Below are positions 24,975-32,000 of a stretch of DNA of 32,000 nucleotides, one piece after another. The translations under genes and the position numbers were made by a program. A model generated the notes under the pieces. The model had not been told where the DNA came from. It saw nothing but the letters and a program-made list of their open reading frames with translations, and ran no database searches. Each line of letters starts with the position of its first letter. The first letter of the stretch is position 1. This stretch comes from Candidatus Paracaedimonas acanthamoebae (lineage in GTDB: Bacteria; Pseudomonadota; Alphaproteobacteria; Caedimonadales; Caedimonadaceae): assembly GCA_000743035.1 (NCBI GenBank), contig CP008936.1, positions 930,001-962,000 on the forward strand. The letters are read 5' to 3'.

Positions 24975-25544
24975 ATGAGCGATCTTCAACAAAAAGCTGA
25001 TAAATTCATTCAAACCGCACCTTATTTTGAGATTATCCGCGCGCATGGCCATCTTTATTCTACAGGGAGCTATTTCCTAAATACTATGACATGGCCCGAC
25101 ATTGATATGCAGCTGTGTCTTGATAAAGATCGGGACGCCAAAGAGACCATTGCAGCCCTTGCGTCATCTTTTATCAAAACAAAAGGCATCAAAAAGCTTC
25201 AATACATCGATTTTCTATCCTACCCTCGCCCGCCAATGACAGAGGGGCATTGCCTTTGCATGACAGCTTTTGATGAGAATTTTCAGAACTTCTGGAAGAA
25301 TGATTTATGGATTCTTCCCTTTTCTGAGATTCAAGAAAATCAAGAATTTATGAATCACTTAAAAGAGCAAATGACACCAGAACATCATGCTCTCATCATG
25401 GCTTTTAAGTATGAATGGACGACTCTTTATGGCCGCCCTCCTAAAATGGCAAGCTATTATCTTTATCAAGCAGTTATTCTTGAAAACCTACAAGAAAGAC
25501 AAAAAATAGAAACCTATCTACGCTCAAAGAATGTAAAAATTTAA
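24975..25544 (+). CDS. Hypothetical protein, possible minimal nucleotidyltransferase fold
   Basis: The sequence STGSYFLNTMTWPDIDMQL fits hG[GS]-x(9-13)-DhDh of the pol-beta-type NTase superfamily. NDLWIL could supply the third acidic residue. I recognise no closer family. Confidence 0.55.
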   Translation: MSDLQQKADKFIQTAPYFEIIRAHGHLYSTGSYFLNTMTWPDIDMQLCLDKDRDAKETIAALASSFIKTKGIKKLQYIDFLSYPRPPMTEGHCLCMTAFDENFQNFWKNDLWILPFSEIQENQEFMNHLKEQMTPEHHALIMAFKYEWTTLYGRPPKMASYYLYQAVILENLQERQKIETYLRSKNVKI

Positions 25545-25887
25545 TATTTTAAGCTCTTAGATCTCTCTTCCAATTCTCTCATCCTCACCAAATATCAACA
25601 CAAGACAATTTTACACCATGCTTTATGATTGCAAGCCCCTGTAGAAATTATTTATAAAATAACAACCCGTTAATTCTAGGCTGATTTCCTCATTTTTATC
25701 ACAAGAAAATATCAATTAATTACTTGATTATAAATAAAATATTTATTGAACTTTTTTCATTTTTTTCTTCCCAAAACGCCTCTACTATGCTACAGTATAA
25801 GAGTATGGTTATATGAGCGCACCCTACAAGATTAAGAATAAAAAATTAAAGAATAAGAAAGTTGGAAGCAATTTTGTCACTCATATG

Positions 25888-25915
25888 CTGACATTTTAAA
25901 AATCTATGGCATAAT
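25888..25915 (+). promoter_or_regulatory. Candidate promoter for pheS
   Basis: The elements are CTGACA (25888-25893), a 16-nt spacer and CATAAT (25910-25915). The pheS ATG at 25951 is preceded by AGGATAAGGA. Confidence 0.3.
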
Positions 25916-25950
25916 CGCACCACCTTTTTAATGATGAACAGGATAAGGAA

Positions 25951-27024
25951 ATGAATGAACTTCAATTCATTGCTGAGCGTTTGCTCGCGCAAATAAATAG
26001 CGCCTCTGCGCTTCAAGAGCTAGAGACTCTTCGAGTTCAAGCCCTTGGAAAGCAAGGTGAGATTTCAAATCTTATGAAAAATTTAGGGTCATTGAGCCCT
26101 GAAGAGCGTAAAGAACGTGGTGCTCTGCTGAATGCATTGCGAGATCAAATTACGACAAGCTTAGAGGAAAAAAAAGAAATTCTAGAGGCGGCTCAACTGC
26201 AAGAACGCTTGGAGAAAGAAAAGATTGATATTACGTTGCCAGCCCGTCCTCAGGTGCTTGGCACGATTCATCCGATCTCTCAAGTCATGTATGAAATGAT
26301 CGCTATTTTTAGAAATATGGGCTTCTCAGTTGCCGAAGGACCTGACATTGAAGAAGATTTCTATAACTTCACCGCCCTTAATATCCCGCTTGAACATCCG
26401 GCGCGACAAGATCACGATACCTTTTATCTCCCTGCTCTTGACGAAGGAACTGAGAGAAGAGTCTTAAGAACACACACCTCTCCTGTCCAGATTCGGTCCA
26501 TGCTTAAGAAAAAAGCCCCTCTTCGTATTATTGCCCCAGGCCGCGTGTATCGCAGTGATTATGATGCAACCCATACTCCGACTTTCCATCAAATTGAAGG
26601 ATTATACGTTGCTGAAGGCGTCCACATGGGACATCTCAAGGCTTGCCTTCAAACCTTTTGCGAACAAATGTTTAATCAGCCTCAATTACCCTTACGTTTT
26701 CGCCCTGCCTATTTCCCTTTCACAGAACCTTCTGCTGAAATTGATATTGCTTGCTATCGTAAAGAGGGGCAATTAATCGTGGGACCCGGTCAAGATTGGC
26801 TTGAAATCCTAGGCTGTGGGATGATTCATCCCAAAGTACTTGAGAATTGTGGTATTGATTCAACAAAATATCAAGGCTTTGCCTTTGGCATGGGAATTGA
26901 AAGAGTTGCGATGTTGAAATATGGCATTCCTGACTTGCGCTCTTTTTATGAAGCCGATCTTAGATGGCTTAGACACTATGGCTTCTCTGCTTTTGAAGCT
27001 TTGATGGAAGGAACATCCGAATGA
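25951..27024 (+). CDS. pheS: Phenylalanine--tRNA ligase alpha subunit
   Basis: Class II motifs are present (HPARQDHDTFY, LRTHTSPVQIR, FRPAYFPFTEPSAEIDI, GFAFGMGIERVAML). Confidence 0.97.
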   Translation: MNELQFIAERLLAQINSASALQELETLRVQALGKQGEISNLMKNLGSLSPEERKERGALLNALRDQITTSLEEKKEILEAAQLQERLEKEKIDITLPARPQVLGTIHPISQVMYEMIAIFRNMGFSVAEGPDIEEDFYNFTALNIPLEHPARQDHDTFYLPALDEGTERRVLRTHTSPVQIRSMLKKKAPLRIIAPGRVYRSDYDATHTPTFHQIEGLYVAEGVHMGHLKACLQTFCEQMFNQPQLPLRFRPAYFPFTEPSAEIDIACYRKEGQLIVGPGQDWLEILGCGMIHPKVLENCGIDSTKYQGFAFGMGIERVAMLKYGIPDLRSFYEADLRWLRHYGFSAFEALMEGTSE

Positions 27025-29396
27025 AATTTACACTTTCTTGGCTGAAAGAACATCTTTCGACAGAAGCTTCGCTCGGCGAAATTATTGAGCGCCTCAATAC
27101 TTTGGGACTCGTGGTTGATCGTATTCAACACCCTGGCGAGCGCTTGAAAGGCTTTAAGGTTGTCCATGTTCTTGAAGCTAAACCTCATCCTGATGCCGAT
27201 CGCCTTAAGGTTTTGCTGGTCGATACAGGGCAAGAAAAACTTCAGGTTGTTTGCGGAGGTGCAAATGCCCGCCAAGGAATGAAAGGCGTTCTGGCTCTTC
27301 CAGGTCTAACCATTCCAAGCAATGGGATGGTGATGAAAATTGCTGCTGTTAGAGGCGTTGAAAGCCATGGCATGATGTGCTCTGAGCAAGAATTAGAACT
27401 AGCAGACACATCCGAAGGCATTATTGAACTTCCTGATGATGCCCCCATTGGTCAAGACTTTGCGGTTTATGCAGGTCTTGATGACCCTATTTTGGACATT
27501 GAAGTCACCCCAAATCGTGGTGATTGTTTGGGCGTTAGAGGCATTGCTCGCGATCTAGCAGCAACCACACTTGGTACCTTAACAGACCTAAAAGTTCCTC
27601 CTATTTCTGGAACTTATAAAAGTCCTCTTACGGTGTCACTTGCCCCTTCACAGGCATGTTCTTACTTCGCCGGCCGTTTCATTCGTGGCCTTACCAATTG
27701 CGAGAGCCCTCAATGGCTCCAAAAAAAGCTTAAAGCCATTGGGATTCGTCCTATTTCAGCCTTGGTTGATATTACAAATTTCATTTGTTTCGATCGTGGT
27801 CGTCCTATGCATGTGTTCGATGCAGATAAAATTAATGGAAATCTGATGGTTAGAACCGCAAAACCTGATGAAACATTGCTCGCACTTAATGGCAAAAGTT
27901 ATCCTTTAGATAATGACATGACCATCGTTGCCGATACACAAGGACCTTTAGCTGTTGGCGGCATTATTGGAGGCATGGAAAGTGGCGCTCAATTGGAAAC
28001 ACAAAATATCTTTTTAGAGTGCGCTCTTTTTGACCCTATCAGTATTGCAATGACAGGCCGCAAAGCTGGAATTATAACAGATTCTCGCTATCGGCTTGAG
28101 CGCGGTGTTGATTCCGCGATTATTGATGAATGCATTGACCAAGCGACTCAGCTTATTTTAGATATTTGTGGAGGCGAACCTAGTGAAATGGTACGAACTG
28201 GCCAATTACCTGACAACACTAAAACTATTCTCTTTAACTTTAAGAGCATAGCTTCTTTAGGAGGGTTGAGCCTTCCTGAAGAAGAAAGCCGTGCCATTTT
28301 AGAAAGGCTTGGATGTCATATTACACAAAATGAAGTCCGCACCCCCTCTTGGCGCAAAGACTTAGAAGGAAGTGCTGATCTTGTTGAAGAAGTTTTGAGA
28401 GTCAAAGGCTATGATGCCATTCCAGCTGAAGACCTGCCAAAACCACATATTGATGAGCAACTTTCTGATAATTCTATTCTTGCGGCTTCTCAAAAACGTC
28501 GTTGGGTTGCGAGGCGCACACTTGCCAGCCGCGGATTCTATGAAGCTTTTACTTGGTCTTTTCTTTCTGAAAAGCAAGCTAAGCTGTTTAATGGAGGCCA
28601 TTCTGAATTAAAAATCGAAAATCCGATTAGTGCTGACCTCTCGGACATGAGGCCATCCTTGCTGCCGAACCTTTTATCTGCCGTTGCGCGCAACCTTTCT
28701 CGTGGCATTAAAAATCCAGCCCTCTTTGAAGTTGGCCATCAATATCAAGCCAATACACAAACACTTGTCGTTGCAGGTATTCGAGCTGGTGAAACTAATG
28801 CAAAGCATTGGGCATATCCTCAACGTTCCATTGATTTCTTTGATATTAAAGCAGATGTTCTTACTCTTTTAACCTCATTAGGCATTGAAGCTTCAACACC
28901 TCAATTAACGGCTGAAGCCCCGTCTTGGTACCATCCAGGCCGTTCAGCCTCTTTAAAATTAGGCCCAAAAGTCACACTCGCTACTTTTGGTGAAATTCAC
29001 CCTGCTCTTTTAAAAGAATTTGATTTAGAGACTGCTGTGGTTGTATTTGAATGTTATATCGATTCAATTCCGCTGCCTAAGAAAGATTTCCGTAAAAAGC
29101 CTTTGTTATTAATCCCTTACCAAGTTGTTGAGCGTGATTTCGCGTTCATTCTTGACGAGAGCCTTACCGCTGACAAACTATTTTCCGGTATTCGCAAGGT
29201 TAACCCACAACTCATAAAAGAGATTCGGATTTTTGACGTTTATCAAGGACCCGGAGTCCCTGAAGGCAAAAAATCAATCGCCATCTCAATTCGACTTGAA
29301 CCTCAAGAGGCAACCTTGACAGAAGCTCAAATCTCTGATCTTTCTGACAAGATCATTTCAGCCGCACAACAGATCGGAGCCCAGTTACGCACATGA
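27021..29396 (+). CDS. pheT: Phenylalanine--tRNA ligase beta subunit
   Basis: It begins [12 protein letters not shown] and has the tRNA-binding OB domain ([17 protein letters not shown]), B3/4, B5 and the C-terminal FDX-ACB domain. Its start overlaps the pheS stop as ATGA. Confidence 0.97.
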   Translation: MKFTLSWLKEHLSTEASLGEIIERLNTLGLVVDRIQHPGERLKGFKVVHVLEAKPHPDADRLKVLLVDTGQEKLQVVCGGANARQGMKGVLALPGLTIPSNGMVMKIAAVRGVESHGMMCSEQELELADTSEGIIELPDDAPIGQDFAVYAGLDDPILDIEVTPNRGDCLGVRGIARDLAATTLGTLTDLKVPPISGTYKSPLTVSLAPSQACSYFAGRFIRGLTNCESPQWLQKKLKAIGIRPISALVDITNFICFDRGRPMHVFDADKINGNLMVRTAKPDETLLALNGKSYPLDNDMTIVADTQGPLAVGGIIGGMESGAQLETQNIFLECALFDPISIAMTGRKAGIITDSRYRLERGVDSAIIDECIDQATQLILDICGGEPSEMVRTGQLPDNTKTILFNFKSIASLGGLSLPEEESRAILERLGCHITQNEVRTPSWRKDLEGSADLVEEVLRVKGYDAIPAEDLPKPHIDEQLSDNSILAASQKRRWVARRTLASRGFYEAFTWSFLSEKQAKLFNGGHSELKIENPISADLSDMRPSLLPNLLSAVARNLSRGIKNPALFEVGHQYQANTQTLVVAGIRAGETNAKHWAYPQRSIDFFDIKADVLTLLTSLGIEASTPQLTAEAPSWYHPGRSASLKLGPKVTLATFGEIHPALLKEFDLETAVVVFECYIDSIPLPKKDFRKKPLLLIPYQVVERDFAFILDESLTADKLFSGIRKVNPQLIKEIRIFDVYQGPGVPEGKKSIAISIRLEPQEATLTEAQISDLSDKIISAAQQIGAQLRT

Positions 29397-31195
29397 CCCT
29401 TCAGTCTCACATTCGCAATTTCTCAATTATTGCTCACATTGACCATGGTAAATCAACCTTGGCTGATCGTCTTATTCAAGTCTGTGGCGGCTTGAGTGAA
29501 CGTGAGTTGGTCGAACAAGTCCTCGATAGCATGGATATTGAGCGTGAACGCGGCATTACCATCAAGGCTCAAACCGTCAGGCTAAATTATAAGGCAAAAG
29601 ATGGAAAAACATACCAACTTAACCTGATGGATACCCCAGGCCACGTGGATTTTGCCTATGAAGTCAGCCGCTCTCTGGCCGCCTGCGAAGGCTCTCTTTT
29701 AGTGGTTGATGCAAGTCAAGGCGTAGAAGCGCAAACTCTTGCAAACGTTTATCAAGCGATCGACAATAACCATGAAATTATTCCTGTCCTTAATAAAATT
29801 GACCTGCCTGCAGCGGATCCCGATCGAGTTAAAAAGCAAATTGAAGATGTAATTGGACTTGACACTTCAGAAGCTATTTCCGTCTCAGCTAAGAGTGGCA
29901 TAGGAATACAAGATGTTCTAGAAACCCTCGTGGCAAAACTTCCCGCCCCCGATGGTGATCCTGATGCACCTCTTAAAGCGCTTCTAATCGATAGCTGGTA
30001 TGACCCCTATCTAGGTGTCATCATCTTAGTCCGGATTAAAGATGGTGTCCTTAAAAAAGGGATGAAGGTGAAAATGATGGCCGCCGGCGCCGTCCACCAA
30101 GTCGACAGCGTTGGTGTCTTCACACCTAAAAAAGAGATGGTTGATGGCCTTTATCCTGGTGAAGTTGGCTTTATCACAGCAAGCATCAAGCATGTTGCTG
30201 ACTGTAAAGTAGGTGATACGATTACTGAGGAAAAAAGACCCACAGATCAGCCATTTACAGGATTCAAACCAAGCATCCCTGTCGTGTTTTGTGGTCTTTT
30301 CCCCGCCGAAGCAGATGATTTTGAGAACCTTCGTGAGAGTCTTGCAAAGTTGCGCCTTAATGACGCAAGCTTTAGTTTTGAGGCGGAAAGTTCTGCCGCT
30401 CTTGGATTTGGCTTTCGGTGCGGCTTTTTGGGGCTCCTCCATCTTGAGATTGTTCAGGAACGTCTTGAGCGCGAATATGATCTTGATTTAATCACCACGG
30501 CCCCGAGTGTTGTTTATCGCATTCGTTTAACGAATGGCGAGCAAATTGAACTTCATAATCCCGCAGATTTTCCAGACGCCGTTAAGATCGATACAATTGA
30601 AGAGCCTTGGATTAAAGCCACTATTCTTGTCCCCGATGAACATTTGGGCTCTATTTTGACCTTATGTACAGAACGCCGTGGCGAACAAATTGATCTTACC
30701 TATGTAGGCAACCGAGCGATGGTCGTTTATCGTCTTCCTTTAAACGAAGTGGTCTTTGATTTTTATGACCGTCTTAAATCCGTTTCACGAGGCTATGCAA
30801 GCTTTGATTATGAAATTGATGAATATCGTGAAGGCGATCTTGTTAAACTCAGCATCTTGATTAATGCGGAGCCTGTTGATGCTCTTTCCTGCATCGTTCA
30901 TAGAACTCAAGCAGAAAACCGTGGCCGTGCTCTATGTACGCGCCTTAAAGATCTCATCCCTCGGCAATTGTTTAAGATTCCAATTCAAGCGGCCATTGGC
31001 GCAAAAGTCATTGCGCGCGAGACTATCTCTGCCCTTCGTAAAGACGTTCTCGCAAAATGTTATGGTGGTGATATTTCCCGGAAGCGTAAGCTGCTTGATA
31101 AGCAAAAAGCAGGTAAAAAGCGGATGCGCCAATTCGGAAAGGTCGAAATTCCTCAAAGCGCCTTCTTAGCTGCGCTGAGGATGGGCGAAGATTGA
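29393..31195 (+). CDS. lepA: Translation elongation factor 4 (LepA)
   Basis: It has [29 protein letters not shown] and NKIDL, plus the LepA-specific C-terminus ...[15 protein letters not shown]...G.VEIPQ.AF. Its start overlaps the pheT stop as ATGA. Confidence 0.97.
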   Translation: MTLQSHIRNFSIIAHIDHGKSTLADRLIQVCGGLSERELVEQVLDSMDIERERGITIKAQTVRLNYKAKDGKTYQLNLMDTPGHVDFAYEVSRSLAACEGSLLVVDASQGVEAQTLANVYQAIDNNHEIIPVLNKIDLPAADPDRVKKQIEDVIGLDTSEAISVSAKSGIGIQDVLETLVAKLPAPDGDPDAPLKALLIDSWYDPYLGVIILVRIKDGVLKKGMKVKMMAAGAVHQVDSVGVFTPKKEMVDGLYPGEVGFITASIKHVADCKVGDTITEEKRPTDQPFTGFKPSIPVVFCGLFPAEADDFENLRESLAKLRLNDASFSFEAESSAALGFGFRCGFLGLLHLEIVQERLEREYDLDLITTAPSVVYRIRLTNGEQIELHNPADFPDAVKIDTIEEPWIKATILVPDEHLGSILTLCTERRGEQIDLTYVGNRAMVVYRLPLNEVVFDFYDRLKSVSRGYASFDYEIDEYREGDLVKLSILINAEPVDALSCIVHRTQAENRGRALCTRLKDLIPRQLFKIPIQAAIGAKVIARETISALRKDVLAKCYGGDISRKRKLLDKQKAGKKRMRQFGKVEIPQSAFLAALRMGED

Positions 31196-31206
31196 GATAA
31201 GAATTG

Positions 31207-31740
31207 ATGCTAAATGAGACCAAGATTCGGGAATTAAGCGAGCCTGATAGAGAATCTTATTTTAGCCTCCTTTTACAAGCCTTAGAAGATGCACCTGCAA
31301 GCTTCTTAATGACAGCAAAAGAAGCAAAACAAAGGGTTATGCAAACTTATCAAGATTCACTTACTTCTGGCGATACAGGCAACGTTATTTTTGGTGCTTT
31401 TCTTCATGATATCTTATTAGGAACTCTTGGTCTCCTTAAAGAAAACAAAGATAAAACTAGGCCTTCAGCCATCATTAGAGGCGTTTATACGCATCTTAAC
31501 TATCGCGGCATAGGCATTGGAAGCACATTGCTTAGGACAGCGATTCATCATGCAAAAGAGCATATGAAATGCCATGTTATCTCTTTAAAGGTTGAGAGCA
31601 CAAATAATACTGCACAAAAACTATATGAATCATATGGATTTACAATAGAGCGCATTGAGCCTCATGCTTTAAGTATGGCGGGGAAATTCTATGATATTTC
31701 TCATATGTCTCTTAGATTAAGAGATAACTCTAAAGCATGA
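31207..31740 (+). CDS. GNAT-family N-acetyltransferase
   Basis: The acetyl-CoA loop YRGIGIGSTLL (R/Q-x-x-G-x-G/A) and a C-terminal A..LYES.GF block are present. I prefer the ATG at 31207 over the TTG at 31204. Confidence 0.8.
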   Translation: MLNETKIRELSEPDRESYFSLLLQALEDAPASFLMTAKEAKQRVMQTYQDSLTSGDTGNVIFGAFLHDILLGTLGLLKENKDKTRPSAIIRGVYTHLNYRGIGIGSTLLRTAIHHAKEHMKCHVISLKVESTNNTAQKLYESYGFTIERIEPHALSMAGKFYDISHMSLRLRDNSKA

Positions 31741-31791
31741 TTAAAATGACTTATTAACCATTTGATCATATAGAAAAATATAGGAAATAGC

Positions 31792-32000
31792 ATGTCCCTT
31801 AATATTCAAATACGTCGCCTCAATGAAAATGATTTGGAGGCTTTCTTTCAGTTGCGGCTTGAAGCTTTACAAAACTCTCCGACAAGCTTTCTCACTTCGC
31901 ATGACGCGGAAAAATCTCTTGGGATGCATATTTATACAAATTTACTGAGCCAAACAGGTATGCAAGAGCTTGTTCTTGGAGCCTTTATAGATCAAACGCT
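31792..32000 (+). CDS. Second GNAT-family N-acetyltransferase (paralogue of the preceding gene), 3' truncated by the window edge
   Basis: An ATG lies at 31792. Its N-terminus is collinear with the preceding GNAT (IR.L.E.D.E..F.L.L.AL...P.SFL). The ORF is open to the window end. Confidence 0.65.
   Translation, partial: MSLNIQIRRLNENDLEAFFQLRLEALQNSPTSFLTSHDAEKSLGMHIYTNLLSQTGMQELVLGAFIDQT

Noticed and set aside
24421-25052. ORFs 24421-24639 (+, GTG start) and 24828-25052 (-) lie in the spacer between LysR and the NTase-fold gene.
   Set aside because: Neither has an SD or any motif. The composition is typical of AT-rich spacer. The minus ORF overlaps the start of the better-supported plus-strand gene and ends inside hairpin repeat copy 2.
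25813-25899. A 28-codon mini-ORF (MSAPYKIKNKKLKNKKVGSNFVTHMLTF) upstream of pheS as a pheM-like attenuation leader peptide.
   Set aside because: It has only two scattered Phe codons, no Phe run, no convincing SD, and no alternative terminator/antiterminator hairpins downstream. It also overlaps the candidate promoter.

Overview
This is a gene-dense, AT-rich chromosomal segment of about 30 genes. Its layout looks alphaproteobacterial: bamB-der, a dat remnant next to hfq-hflX, DUF1013, DUF465, and rpmI-rplT ... pheS-pheT-lepA. Decayed genes, homopolymer frameshifts and tightly overlapping genes suggest a reduced, probably host-associated lineage; that is inference. Most of the window is core housekeeping (bamB, der, rsmD, tgt, yhhQ, rpmB, glmS, glmU, hflX, hfq, pfkA, rpmI, rplT, pheST, lepA, two tRNAs). 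I saw no CRISPR array, transposase, integrase, prophage or recognisable multi-gene defence operon. Three small accessory islets interrupt the core. (i) 3.9-7.7 kb holds a multiply frameshifted secreted-protein gene carrying UIM-like motifs, tRNA-Leu(UAA), a signal-peptide Fic protein with a non-canonical HPFVDANGRGAR motif, and a membrane-anchored ORF with a transglutaminase-like Cys-His-Asp pattern that is coupled to tgt. (ii) 20.6-22.3 kb holds a signal-peptide patatin-like phospholipase beside tRNA-Arg(UCU). (iii) 23.1-25.9 kb holds a LysR regulator and a nucleotidyltransferase-fold orphan wedged between rplT and pheS, with LysR bracketed by two related hairpin repeats. The tgt gene has GGSLGAS where bacterial enzymes carry GGLAVGE, and it overlaps the transporter gene yhhQ, which suggests queuosine-base salvage with altered specificity. 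All family calls were made by eye from motifs and remembered family signatures. No database or structure search was possible, so the functional claims for the accessory genes are hypotheses.
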